Shown here in pieces: positions 41,007 through 54,628 of a stretch of 64,000 nucleotides of DNA. The DNA comes from Sphagnum compactum (Eukaryota): contig OZ234493.1 of the NCBI GenBank assembly GCA_965153455.1, positions 9,290,213-9,354,212 of the forward strand, in the 5' to 3' direction. The notes beneath the pieces are model-generated. The model was not told the DNA's origin. It did no database searches and saw nothing but the letters and a program-made list of their open reading frames with translations. The position numbers were made by a program, and so were the translations under genes. Each line of letters starts with the position of its first letter. The first letter of the stretch is position 1.

Positions 41007-43001
41007 AGAGAGATCCGTCCCAGTAAGATCTGATCTGAGTCATATTCTTCCCCTCCCATTCCTCATTAGGCAATGTGTTGAACAAGCTGATGTAATGCTG
41101 CAGGATAAGCTTTGGTCGTCAACGGTGAAGCTTGAAACTGTGATGATGATGATGATGATACCCACACACAATTTTAGGTTTGTTTGCAGAGTTAATCATC
41201 ATTGTCGCGCATTTTCTCTCTCATCGTGGCCTTCTCATCATTTTTCCTGTCCGAGCTGTGTTTTGCAAATCACCAGCTCATGCTTATTAGCAGGCACATA
41301 CTTGACTGACTGGCTGGCTGGCTGGCTCTCTGGATGCACACAAAGCAGGAAGTTCAGAGACGCTTTGCTTTGACTTGACAAATTCTGAGCCAATGTCACC
41401 ATATTTCAAGGAAGAAATAGTGGAATCTCCAGATTTGGATACTATGTTCCAGCATGTCACAAAAGCCTGAAAAATGTTAGATTTTGAACTTTAAAGACCC
41501 TGATTTAGTCTAAGCATTGCATATTTGCAATATTTAGAAATTTTTATGTAAATGGATTTTGGGGGGTTTTCACCATGGTTGCCAATATGGGTGCTGGTTC
41601 ACCCAAGCCCTGGACCACCACCTACCTCACAACATTATTTTTCGAAGAACCCCAGTCTCCAAGCTCTTAGGAAGTGGTATTGGGCCAGGCCAAAAATGGT
41701 GACCAACTGCTTTTAAGAATAAAGGACTTCTTCTTCACATTCCCTAAAATCTTCACATGCTTTACAAATGTGACACTTGCTCTCTTGGATCCCATTGCCA
41801 TCAACTTGAAAATCACAGGTGACCAAGTTCTACACTCAAGTGAAAAGGTAAGAGACACAGATATACATATCAATACATATGCAAGAAAGAAAGAGTTGAG
41901 TTGATTGATTGTAATCCAAAGGGCTTCCAACACCATCCTTAGCATTTTAGTAGTGATATGAACAAAGTAGAATACCTAAAAGTGTGTTGAAAATTTGTTA
42001 ATATGCTAATATTGAGATCTCCCATGCCACACCCCTATCCCTCACCCGTGGTTAACTAGGGGAACTTGAACCCGACAGAAAAAAAAACATTTTCTGTCCA
42101 CCCACCCACCCACCAACCATCCATCCATCCATCATGGTGCACTTGTGACTGTTGTCGGTTCAGTCGGGCCACTTTGTGAGGTTTAGCTTGGGGCACTGGA
42201 ATCCAACAGACAAGTACTTTCTGTCCATTCATCATCCATCCATTTCATCCATCCATCCATCATGGTGTATTGATGACTGTGGTTGGTTCACTCTGACCAC
42301 TTCCAAAGTAACAACAACGAAATGCAATGTCACAAACAAACATGTATGACTTAGTTTACATTCGAAAACACTCTTGCTGTTGGGACATAGGCAACACGGA
42401 CTCACTTGACTCACCACGACCCAAACTCGCTAACGACAATAAATACATCTATTATACCTCAAAAGTTCCTTCATCCATGTTGCCACCACCTCCCCCTTAC
42501 ATACCATTTACACACACCTCCTCTTTGGACCCATTTCTAAATGCTCCTTTTCTCTTCTTCTTCTTCCATCTTCTTCTTCACTCCATCCCCAAAATACACA
42601 CCCCTATAGTTCCTCATTTTTCCTTACAGTCTATGTCTCCCCCTCCTACTTTGCTTTGCAAGTGTCCATTTTTTTTCCATTAAATTTTAATTTTGTTGTT
42701 GTTGTTGGTTGTTGTAGCAATTTTTTTGTGGGGGGGGTGGGAGGAGTGGGTGGGTGAGTAGGTGGGTTTAAAGAATTGGGAGGGGGTGGTGGTGGACATT
42801 TTGTACACAAGAAGGTGATTTGATGAGTTGTGAAATTTCTTATTAATAAATAGAGGAGAGGTGGGGGTGGGCACTTGAGTGAGTGAAGGACTCAGAAGTC
42901 GTAGTAGCAGTGGGGAGTGTGGAATCGGATTTCTTTTGAATTTTCTTCCATAGAAAGTAGCTGTGTAGCTGGTGGTGGGAGAGGAGGAGGAGGAGGTCAT
43001 T

Positions 43002-43497
43002 ATGGCGCTGCGGAATGGGAGTTACGACGGAGGTTTTGTTGCTCTGGCAGAGGAGGTGGAAGTGGAGGAGGAGGAGAAAGAGGAGGAGGCGGCGGCGGCG
43101 ATGGTAGTGACGACGAGGGTGGGAGTGCGGCGCAATTTGGATGGGGAACAAGTGCGGCCGCTCAAGCTTTGCATCATCGGTGCCGGCGGTTTCATCGGCT
43201 CACATTTGTGTGAGAAGTTGATGTGGGACACGCATCACAGCGTGCTGGCTGTGGATGTCTACGGTGACAAGATCCAGCACCTTTTAGCTCCCGGGAAGAG
43301 CTGGAGTGATCGCATTGAGTTCTACAAAATCAACATCAAGCATGACTCCCGCCTCGAAGGCCTCATCAAGCTCTCGGACTTGGTAAAGTTCTTTTCCACC
43401 TTGTGCTTTCTGGATTTTTTTTTCCCCCTATTTCAGAGCCTGATTTTTGCTGCTGCCCCTTTTGTCGACTTGTTGTTGTGGTTGTTGGTCTTCTTGT

Positions 43498-43535
<38 letters not shown>

Positions 43536-45678
43536 CGTGGATTAGTTTTCTGGGACGTTTGTGGTTTCGTCAAGTGTCGGCAGGTGAGTAGTGTCGTGTG
43601 TGGTTTCGTCAAGTGAGGAGGTGGGGGCTCAAGAACAAGTTTGTTGGCTGGATTTGCAGTTACTTTCTTTGACAACAATTTGCTGTCGGTCAATTCATTA
43701 TGTGCACCATGTGTGAGGATCATCACATACTTGGAATTATGATCTGTGTATGTTTTTTGCCATGGAGTACTTACCAAATGTTTGGAACAAAACAGGTTAT
43801 CAACTTGGCAGCCATTTGTACTCCTGCGGACTATAACACCAGACCCTTGGACACCATCTACAGCAACTTCAACGATGCTTTACCAGTGGTAAGCTGAAGT
43901 TTTCACATTTAGTGGCACATCATTCCCAACCACCTCCAGGCAGATGCCATTTTTGAAAGCTTTCTTTTGGTTTGGTGAAGATTTGAGTTCAGAGCCAGAT
44001 ATAACTCGGTTTTTTTTGTTGTTGTTGTGAATCTTCTTTTGTTGTTCATGCAGGTACAGTATTGCAGAGTGAACCACAAGCGACTCATTCATTTTTCCAC
44101 ATGTGAGGTCTATGGTAAGACTATTGGCAGCTTCCTTCCGGCCGACAGTCCTCTCAAGAAGGTGCCCAAAAAAAGCAATCTCCTAACAAACTGGTTTTGT
44201 GAATTGCAGTAAGTTGAAGTTTAATTTATGTGTGTGGGATCAGTTTAGTAGAGTGCTGATTGATTTGGAGAAATCTCTACAGCAGCTCGGACCTCATTCA
44301 TTTGGATCTGTCTGTGTGATCTTGTGCAGGATCCAGCTTATTATATTCTGAAGGAGGATGAATCACCTTGTATTTTTGGCCCAATTGAGAAACAGAGATG
44401 GTCATATGCTTGTGCCAAGCAGCTTATTGAGCGTCTTATCTATGGTATGTATGGGCAAACAAGACACCCCAATGTGGAGTCCCATTATCTCCTTTTTATT
44501 GTCCTCCATTTTTCTTCTCTCTATGCTATTCACCTTGGACAGATCACATCTCTGCTGTTGGACTGGAATCCTTTTTTTGTTTTTGCAGCCGAGGGAGCTG
44601 AGAATGACCTTGAATTTACAATTGTGAGGCCGTTCAACTGGATTGGCCCTCGCATGGACTTTATTCCTGGAATTGATGGACCAAGCGAAAGTGTACCTAG
44701 GGTGTTGGCTTGCTTCAGCAATGTAAGCTTCCAGCAACTGTCATGATGAACTTTTCTGGTTGGATAGATGGGGTGTTTCACCTTCAAACTACTGCTTTCT
44801 GTACTCTGTTGTGGTCTATTATCCTGACTTCACACTTATTTTTTCACAGAACTTGATGAGAGGAGAGCCACTGAAGCTGGTAGATGGTGGCCAGTCACAG
44901 CGCACATTTGTTTATATCAAAGATGCTATTGAGGCTGTCCTGCGAATGATTGTAAGCACTTCCGGTAGCATTCTCCTTCTTATTAATCTTGAAGTAGAGC
45001 ATGAGAGACTTGTGTCAAGGGGCGTTTTCTTCATCAGCCTTGAGCTAAAGGGACAATGTTGTCTTCACAAGCTGCTTTTGAATATCTGTGTTTTCCAGGA
45101 AAACCCAGCAAGAGCCAATGGACATATTTTCAATGTTGGCAACCCTCATAATGAATTAACAGTTCGGGAGCTTGCAGAACTCATGACAGACGTGAGTACC
45201 TGTTGGAGCCCTACACCTGGAGTTTGCACTGTATTGCTCTGGTTGCTTTTCCTTTTGCAGACATGTAATTTCTGCACTGGTGTGGCTGAGCAGGTCTATT
45301 GTAAAGTGAGTGGAAACCCAAGACCTGCAGTGCCAACTATTGATGTGACATCAATGGAGTTCTATGGCCAAGGCTATGATGATAGTGACAAGCGAATTCC
45401 AGATATGACCATCATCAAGAAGCAGCTGGGTACTAAATCCACACAATTAATTTTGTCACTCTTCTTGGAGAAATCTCAGCTTCTTGTAGGAGGTGAAATA
45501 CCAGTTACCTGAAATTTGAATTGCTGTCTTTTCAAAGTAATGGAGCTGTATATTCCTGTGTGCAGAGTGGGAGCCAAAGACACCTGTGTATGATCTCATG
45601 GAGTCAACATTAACCTACCAGCATACTACTTATGCACAAGCAGTAAAGAAAGCAATGTCAAAGACTCTTGCCAACTGA
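43002..45678 (+). CDS. AXS: UDP-D-apiose/UDP-D-xylose synthase (extended SDR)
   Basis: 9 exons in consistent phase: 43002-43382, 43796-43888, 44054-44161, 44330-44444, 44589-44722, 44850-44951, 45099-45191, 45294-45429, 45566-45678. Motifs GAGGFIGSHLCEKL, INLAAICTPADYNTRPLDTIYSNF, HFSTCEVYGK, QRWSYACAK (YxxxK), RPFNWIGPRMDFIPGIDGPSE, GYDDSDKRIPD. Confidence 0.96.
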
Positions 45679-48600
45679 GTGATTCACTCATTTTCTATTT
45701 TCTTGATAGCTATGTCACAGAGGTTGTGATCTCCCAATAGCAAAGGTATAAGCTGACATCTTACTAGGACACCCTGATTGTCCGGAAAGTTGTTTATTCA
45801 AAGTTGGTAAGGGCTGCTTATGACAAAAGGAGCTTGGACAATGGGAGTTGCTACCCATAATTCAGCTTACTGCTGAGCACTAAGTTGCTGGAGAGTGACT
45901 TTTTCAAGTCACTTCATTTGAGGCTGAAGCCTAATACCAGTAGTTCCATACAATGTCAATTGGTTTCTTCTGAGGCCAATAATAGGTGTAGTGGGCAATT
46001 TCAGAGAGGTTCATGTATGGTTTAAATCTACAATACAATTGAAAACAGGAGCATTGCTGCTCAGTGCAGAGGTCCTTCTGTACAATATTTATGTCCAACA
46101 TTAAGCCTTTTCCATAGGCAATATGATCCCTGCAATTTGATGAATTTTACTGCTGGAAAAAGTCCCTCAGCCGACAACCATTTCTTGCATATCTTGAATA
46201 TCTAGTATGTATTTGAACATCCAGGCTTCAGCACCATCACCACATATGGGGTAGAACTCTTGAGGAGCAGTGTACTTGACATGTCTGTGTACCTTGTAAG
46301 ATAGCACTGCACTCGTGGGTCACCAAGGAGACTGAAGGACCTAGTGGACAGAGAAGTGCAGGTGGTCTGATGACTGGTTGCAGCAACTGAAGGATTTGTT
46401 CTTTGTTCTTGAATATTTGAACTGGGTGGTTATATCTTTCATTGGTGGTATGTACCTCAAACTCATGACTTGGCTTAAAAACCACCATAGCTGGGGCATT
46501 ACTGGGGCCTCTCTCTGAATTCAGTTCAGTTTGACTTAAAATCATAAGAATGGATAAAATTCTCAGTACTTATATGAAGGTAATTTGCCTGAGCTTAGAA
46601 AAGGAAGCACTATTTACTTGATTGTGGCAGATGAGTCATGCAAGAGCCACACAAACTGGATCAGTGCCAAGCTTGACTGTCTTTGCAAACTTTGCAAACT
46701 TAGAAGGCATCAGATTGCTGGGTTGACTTATATAGCTTCCAACATAGACTGAAACAACAGGGTCAAGCTAAATCTCATCAACAACCAGCTTGTTGGCAAT
46801 GGTGGCCATGTTTCTGCGGTTTTCTGGGCTCCTGATCATTTCAATCTCCTGTATTGCTGTCCCTGCCAACCCTGCCAGCAAGAATGAGGATCGGCCCATT
46901 TTGACAGAATTTTGTATAGGTGTGTATTTGTGGTTGCAGATTCATGTTCCAATTTGTATGCCAATCTGATCTCACGTGAGAAGAGGAGCATGGATCAAGG
47001 AACTGGTTCAAAAATGGTAGCCAACATTGTTTGGTTCCATTGGAATTTGGTCTGGTTGTTTGGCATGGGTTTGGACTTCCAAGCAGTTCCATGCTATTGA
47101 TGATTGAAGCTGATGATGGTCTGATGCTTTATGCATAAGGTTGTGATTGCACTCATTCTTGTTCTGTTTTGAACCAGCTCCAATAAACCCTCCTGTGCAC
47201 TTACGATGGTGAAGGGTCCTCAAATGTAAACTGTGCCAACCCAGGATGAGTGGGCCCATGAATGTAAACAAAGTAATTGTACTCCCAGCTTTTGAGAAAA
47301 GTTTGCTAGCATGGTATTCATTTATTGGCTTGGAAGCAGGACAGATATGCCTCATAGCCTGGCTGTTGTTATTGTTCTCATAAAATAAGGTAGGTCTGCA
47401 GCAGCTAAAAAACACTGGGACAAGTAGCAACCTTGACTATGCACAGTATTTGCCACCTCTCGCCTGACTAACTAAAGGTTGTAGCATGCCATCAAACTAT
47501 AAGCCTCAAACATGTTAAAGCTCATTCTTCCATTTAGACTAGACACCCAACCCTGTGTGTTTTTGTTGTGCCAAGGCTTTTGCAAAGGAATGTCTTCACT
47601 ATCGGTGCAGCAAGCACAATTGCCATGTGCAGGATGCAAAAGTTTTTCTGCACACCAGATAGTACATTGCAGTGCACTTAGAGCACACCAGATAGAAACA
47701 AAGGGGCACTCAGATATCAAGGCAGAAGTTGTGAGTTTATTTGTGTTGTTCGGTTCTGTCTCTGTCTATTTCCTCCTTCCAGTATGGACTTTGTGTCCTC
47801 TTGACTTTAATAGGAAGTTTTTGTTTCAGCTTCCTGCAGGTCAACAAGAGAAACTATGGTAGGTGGTTCTTTTTGGATCTTTGTAATGGTCGGATCACAG
47901 ATCAGAGGAGGTAAATTAACTGTTTACATTAATCCTGTCAGAATTGGTGTGTTAATGGAGCCACGTCGTTTGTTTGTTGGTGTCAATCTTGTTGCTCTCT
48001 CTGGGTTGCCTTCCTGCCATGGTCTAAACTTTGGAAGAAGTTCCTTTGAGAAGAGGTTTGCTCGACAAAGGTTGCTAGAAACATCAATTCTGTTTTCAGG
48101 CTTGCTGTTCATAGTATTCAAATGTTTTCCAGGTTTAGGGTGTACCACCTCCTAAAAGTCTCTGATTTCCATTTCCATTACATCTCACAAACTTGTGCCA
48201 GCCTCAAGACTTGAAACTTGGGTATTTTGTTGACTGTTGTTACTAGGTGCAGATCTGCATTTGTCTTCCTTTGGGCATGCCCCCCAAATTCATGACTATG
48301 TGCCTGTAGTTTTGAATTATCAATGTGACCTCAAATCCTGTTCTCGTATTCTATGAGTGCCTCTAGATACAAGATATTGAGCAATCTCATGATATTTTCC
48401 ATGTTCTGTTGGTGTGCATTGAGTGGCAATCTGTTCCTTTTAATGTGAACGGATCATTGGGGCTTGGATCATTCCAGTGATAAACCTGTGGTGTTGGATA
48501 TGCAGCAAGACATATCACTAGACTCAATTCACTGTTTGATTACTGGCAAGATATCGTGGATAATATATTGTGCTAGTAGCATATTTGCCTTAGAATTTAG

Positions 48601-49759
48601 GAAGGTCCAGCCTCCCCCAAGATCGAAAAGCAAGCTCAATTGGAACTTCACAGCTTCTCAAAATCACAATTGTGACAAGGTGTTTCTCATCATTAGACTG
48701 TAAATGTTGTGTACCAATGGAATTTTGATTTCATCGTATATTTGGAAAGTACCTTACATTAGTCTTTTATTTGGATGTACTACTTATAATCTTCCATCAC
48801 ACATTACTCTACAACACTATTCTAGAGAAACTTTTAAGGTTGGTTTAGGGTTTTCCATTTTTATAGAGCATTATATGATCAGAATGCTCAACATTTGCTC
48901 TACTTCCTAACCAAAATCATCATCCAGTTATCCTTCAAATGAAATTCAACAAAACACCTTGTCTATCTAGTTGCTTCAACGTCTCACCCATGTTAGATTG
49001 GTTACTTCCTTTTCGCCCTTCTGCTAAAACAGAAATTGGCACTACGAAGTTCAATTCAGTTTCAGAATTGTATTTGTCACTTTTTAGTGGTTGGGTGAAA
49101 AAAGATGTTCCTGAAGGAACACACGCACTTCACTGCCTGCCAGAATTTTCACTGCGGCTTTGGTGCTCACTTGTGGAAAGTTGGGAGTTTAAAAGATCAC
49201 ACTTGCAGGCTTCAGAGAGCCATGTTTGTGTAATGTCATTCTGTTTGGGTTAATACGAAGGGGATACAATGCTGGTAAGACAGTCTGGTGGTTTGTCTCA
49301 TGTTTTCAGACTTGCAGTATAGAGTGGAATATGAAGAAGACTCACACCATTTCTGTGAGTTGTTGCTAACTTCCAGTCTGCACAGTGATTATAAAAACAT
49401 GCTGTGTTCACAACCCACACCCTGACACTTCTCTGAGTGTTATGTAGGGTGCCCAGTTGTAATCCACAATAATTAGTTGTTGGTGCACCCAGAGTTCAAA
49501 TCCTTGTGTTTGAAAATTTGGGTGTTGCTTTGTTTGTCGACGGCTTCTCACAAAAGTTTCAAACCTTTGGACACAATGAAGTTATCTTAAAGCCATCCGC
49601 CAGTTTGGATCAGTTTGGACCCCTCTTTGATCCTTTCCTTTCCATCTCATGCCCAATTTGAAGCTATCTGCAAAGTCAGCCAAACTGGGGACCAAATAAC
49701 AAAACTAGGGGTGAAGACACAAAATTTGGGACCATTGCAGCCTGCCCAATCTAAGTTTA

Positions 49760-50185
49760 TGGTATGTATATGAGTTTTTTTAAGTTGTAAGGTTATAGGG
49801 TTTAGGGTTCAAGTTGTGGGTTTTACATTTGAGATCTTAAGGTTGAGGTAAAACATGTGTAGTGTTCAAGTTGTAGGTTTTGCGATTAATGTCTTATGGT
49901 TTATGTTTTAAAGTTTTAGGGTTGAGGTTTTAAGGATGAGGTTCAAGGTTCAAGACTTAGGGTTTAAGTTGTAAAATCTAGTTGATAGGTTTTAAATTAA
50001 AATTTTAGTGTTTAGATTTTGGGGTTTAAGGTTCAAATTTCAAGGTTAAGGTTTGCTTTTATGCAAAGGTTTAGAATTTTGGGATCATGTTTGGGATTAA
50101 GGTTCACGATTTATGCTTAGGTTCAAGTTAGGGTTAAGGATCGAAATTTAGGGGTAGGGTTAGGTGTTTAGGTAAGGGGTTAGAA
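49760..50185 (+). repeat. Degenerate telomere-like (TTTAGGG-derived) low-complexity tract
   Basis: Dense variants tttaggg, ttagggtt, ttaaggtt and ggttcaag over ~420 bp. Short perfect (TTTAGGG)2 runs also occur at ~436-452 and ~40367-40385. Confidence 0.65.
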
Positions 50186-50549
50186 TTATGGATCACAAAA
50201 TCACATTGGATTATATAAGTAATATTTTCTCTTCCCTAAACCTTTCTCATTCTCATTTTCACACTAATAAATTGAGTTTTCCTTAAGTTCAAGCCATGGC
50301 TTCTCCTTAATGACTATGATCCTAGCTCATCTTTTTCTTTAAGTTCAGGCCATGGCTTCTCCTTGAGGACTATGATTCTAGCTCATTTTCAAGTGATGAG
50401 AAAATGCTTGATGCCATGCAGAAATAAGCTACCATGTTTTCTTCACTCTCTCTCACTTTGCAATTTTCTGTGCTTCTACCTCTTTTGCAAGTCTCTGCAA
50501 TTTCTCCAGTGCACTCTCCTCGCTGTGTATTTATTTATATCAACTCTAG

Positions 50550-51440
50550 GGATTTATTCAATACACATGAGGTGGAAGAGGGGCCCAATCAACTAATGGA
50601 TCTAGATACTAATGCTCTCGACATGTTCCCCATTGTTCAACTTGACCAATTTCATTTTGGCTTGATTTGAAGAATTGGCTTCTATTGTGGTGCTTACAAT
50701 CACTATTCATGCTAGATCTACAAATGAAAATCCTATTATATCATGGACTAAATCATCAAAATTGGCCCTAAGCGATGTCTTACAAACTTCATTATTTACA
50801 TGAAACATGATAAGGTTATCATGTATGGTGCCTTTATGTGAAATTGATGCAAGAGTGTGTTGCGATAGTGCACTCCTTGTTGCATCATGCACTTGGTAAT
50901 GAAATAAGTTGGCCTAGCTATGGAGAGGACTAGCTTATGTAGCCAATTATAGGATGTCCCAAGTTGCATTGACAAAATATTCATCATGAATTTGTTTGAT
51001 GAAATACATTGGCCTACAATTGAGGAGAGAGCTAGTTTAAGTAACAAGTTACAAGATGTTCGAGGTTGTATTGGGTTCATTAATAGAACATTGATTGAGA
51101 TATGAAAGATTTGAAAGAATGAAGCACATAAAACATGATTCAATGGTCGGGACAAAATATATTCTATGAATAATGTTCTTATTCATCACCATGGCCTATT
51201 CATCTACATTGAATTTGGCCACCTTGCTTCTTACCATGATGTGAATATCTTGCACCATTTTTGCACTTACTATTTTAAGTAAATGGTTGCCATCACTATT
51301 TCATACATGAAGATGATTCTTTTGAAGATTTTTTGAGGGATTTGACATACATGTGGGTGAAAAAATGTTCATCATGCACAAGATAAGGAGGTTTGAGCTA
51401 GCTCTTAGTGCTAGTCATGATGTAATGAAAGCTTACAAAG
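50550..51440 (+). pseudogene. Degenerate PIF/Harbinger (HARBI1-like, DDE_Tnp_4) transposase
   Basis: From 50998: DEIHWPTIEERASLSNKLQDVRGCIGFINRTLIEI*...FNGRDKIYSMNNVLIHHHGLFIYIEFGHLASYHDVNIL, matching the Harbinger GCIGxxDGT...GS.HD..I motifs, with in-frame stops and the first catalytic D changed to N. Confidence 0.75.
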
Positions 51441-54296
51441 GCAATTACACAACATAATGAACATTTATGGATGTCAAAATGTTAGTTTTTTTCTAGGTTG
51501 GACAATTATTGTTGTATGTTTAACCCAAATGCATCTGAGACATTTAACAAAAATGATTTAAGGAAATGAACCAAAACCTTTAATCCTTCCAACTCTAAGA
51601 AATTATATCAAAAACATCAATACTTAATCCAAGGTGAATTTTTCAATTTAGGCTAGATCATGGTCACAATCCATAAAATATTTGTTATGAATTTTATTTT
51701 TCTTGTAGTGGATTTCAACTTCAAAATTTTGGACATGGTATTTCAAAGGTGTATGACATTTAAGATCAAAAAATCAAGTTAAAATAAATCGTATTTATGA
51801 AAATGTTCCATCAAAATGGTAACATTTTGTAAAGTCCATTTATATATCTAAATTATTTTTTTCAAAACCAATATTTGATAAATGTGTTTTAAATTAAAGT
51901 GACTTGAACTTGGACGTGGAAAAATGTAACTTCAACATCATTAATCTTAATCTTTTACCCACAATAGGATGGATGTTAAGTATAGAGTCAAGTAAAGTGG
52001 GTAATTATTGATCTCAAGTGCAAATGGAGATATTTCTTGAATATATTTGCTTTTTCACAAAATGTATTGTAACCCTATTCACTAACCTTTTGTGTTGAAA
52101 ACACATAGACCTCACATATGAGGGGATCAATGGTCACTTTCCATACTAGCTCAAACCATGGCTAACAGGGGGACATTTAGTTCTAATTTTCAAATTTGCC
52201 CTAATTTTTAATTTTAACTCATTTTTTGTTATCATTCCTACATTAGGCCAAAATATGGCATGTATGATTACACATAAGTAACTAGAAATGCATAAACAAT
52301 TAACCTACTACAAAAGGATTAGTCATGGATGCCATGTTTTGACATAATGTTAATTGACAATGGTCTTCAAATTATTAATGCCGTGCTCTTCTTCTCATCT
52401 TTGATATCCATCTTGGCAACCAATTACAAGGTATTTCAAATTTCAACATTTACTTATAAGCTATTTGCCATATTTGTGCGAGGCTTTTGGATTGCAACTA
52501 TAACCTCTCTAGTTGTATCATTACCTTTTCAACTAGAGTTATGGTGGAGTACAACCCCAAAATAGCATTAGGGTTTCATATAGGTTTTTATGCTTCAAAT
52601 TAAGCATTAAAATTAGGCTATAAAACAAATGTTGAAGGTTTGCCATCAATCAAACTTTCTCACCTCTTGAAAACATTCCTTATGTCCATCAATTGCATTT
52701 AAACGTGCTCACATCTTTTCATGTTGCATTTGTGCCATCTCATAACTTTCCTCATTTGATGTGCATGTCTTTGATCCCTTCAAAGTATCATGGAAGTGAT
52801 CCTTGAATGTCTTTCTTGCAAATTATGAGTCAAGGTAAGCCACTTCACAATTAGTGTAAATGATCTCCTTCTAAACATCAACAAAAATCAACTAGATCAT
52901 TTGCTTATTGTCATTGCCATAGATTGCAAAATGCAAGTTATAGGCTTGTTATCCATGGTGTTGAAGTGCGAATATTCCACAATCTATCATTGTCTTTTGT
53001 TTTTTATAGCCTTTATTTTGTGAATGTAAATATTCCTAAGGTTGGGTCTCTTGCAATAGTACCTTAGGAATTATTTGCAACTTTGCCATACATAAAAAAA
53101 ACACAAACATTTAGACAAGAGGACAACAAACACCAAACTTACCTGCAAAATTCATAACTACCAAACAGACCTAATTGCACAATTCATAGGGAACACTCGA
53201 CAAATCTTATGTGATAAATCGAAAGCATTCTAGGCAGGGGGGAGGGCCAAAACATCGGAACTATGGGATTGACAAGGATCATGTGATAAACTGGATAAAT
53301 TTTTTAAAAAACACATTGAGAACATGTGGAGGAACAAAAAATCCTTAAATCGAAAGACATCTTCAAGTTCTCTTCTCCCCTTCCCAAGTATCCCTTTGTG
53401 CCTAAGCTAATTACTAAGAGCATGATTAAGAGGTACTTATTCAAATCCAATTTCTCTTCTTCCATTGAACTGAACTTCAATTGACAATTGAGCACTGCCT
53501 AATGTTTTCCATCCATAACTGGGTGACAAAAGAGCTGAGCCAAGGACAACCCATTGCCCAGGGACCCAGCCAGTGGGATCATGGTTTCCAACTTAGCTGC
53601 CAACTTAGCTGTATTGAAAGTTGAAACAACATGATCATTCTCAGTTCTTTAGCTCCCAGCATTTGTAGGGCATTTGTGTTTTTCTCTACTGCAGAAAAGC
53701 ATTTCATCATGTCTTCTGTGTTCATCCACTCCAGTTTTGTCATCAAGACTCTTATGTCTTTTACTTTTTAGGTTTCTACCCAAACAGGTATGCATTCTTG
53801 CAAGAGTGATACATAAATAAATAAATAAATAAAGAAAAAAACACCCAACACCAGTTTGTAACTAAGGTTTTGTGCACTTTTAAACTTGTTGCCTTGCAAA
53901 GGGCATTTGGGTCTTGTGTTTATGCATGTTTCCCAACCTTCATTGTGTTTGATTGATGGAAGATGGGCTCCTATGATTCACATAACTATAGTGTGTTCCT
54001 GACTGTTGATTCATATCACAACTTGCTTGAAGCAACGGAACCCAAAGTGCAACCAGCAGATGACTAACATGTCCCCACCCATGGAAAAATGTAAAAGAGT
54101 AACTGAAGAAGACACTGAAACAGGTTATGTAATAGAAAGAGTTTTCATCTATTGAAACCTTTGTGAAAATAGTTTAATCCTACACCGCACTTTGGCTTGC
54201 ATGCTTTGGAGTTTTGTCATTGTCGTCGTGTTATTGTTTTCTGTATGTTCCTTGCGGTTGGCTTGTCCAATCAGCCTACTGAAGTAAATGAAAACA

Positions 54297-54628
54297 AGGG
54301 GTGTGTCTCACACACTGTGGCCTTGCCATTTACAATAAAAAAGTATCTTAATGCAAAAGAAGAATGATGAAAAACCAATTATTTCATCATGCAAAAATGT
54401 AATCTTTAAAAAAAAATTCTCTACAAGAAACCAAAATCCTTCAAGATATCATAACTCCTATAACTAATCTTAAGTTTCAACACAAGCCAAAATATCATCT
54501 TTCAAAAATCCTCATATAAGAAATAGAGCTATTATTATTACCTAGGGGCCAAAATCCCTTAAGCTACTATACTCTATAATGAATCTAAACACAATATCCT
54601 TTTTTGCCTTGGTAGGCAAGGTCAATAA
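54297..54628 (+). repeat. Dispersed repeat family A (~330 bp), probable non-autonomous DNA transposon
   Basis: Collinear with 59465-59800, from gggtgtgt..cac.ctg.ggccttgccatttac to gccttggtaggcaa. Short subterminal inverted motif ggccttgcc / ggcaagg(t)c. Confidence 0.85.

Noticed and set aside
40850-41400. GA-repeat region with a 138-aa ORF resembling a gene 5' end
   Set aside because: The ORF is made largely of microsatellite translation (ERERE, MMMMM), with no downstream exons or known miRNA recognised.
42040-42080. B-box-like GGTTCAAGTTCC on the minus strand (tRNA or SINE?)
   Set aside because: No cloverleaf, no convincing A box, and no tail or TSD seen.
1314-45678. Possible biosynthetic gene cluster (oxygenase + glycosyltransferase MGD + UDP-apiose synthase)
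   Set aside because: MGD and AXS are conserved primary-metabolism genes separated by ~28 kb and unrelated genes; there is no scaffold-forming enzyme or evidence of co-regulation.
46237-49400. Many 60-140 aa ORFs and splice-like sites downstream of AXS
   Set aside because: No recognisable domain and no consistent exon chain; a lncRNA or decayed gene cannot be excluded but is unsupported.
52300-53000. Minus-strand coding-like remnant beside the Harbinger pseudogene (possible Myb/SANT partner ORF)
   Set aside because: Too degraded to recognise any motif.
53535-53560. tgagccaagga, similar to the 5' half of miR169
   Set aside because: Only ~11 nt match, the 3' half diverges, and there is no matching star arm.
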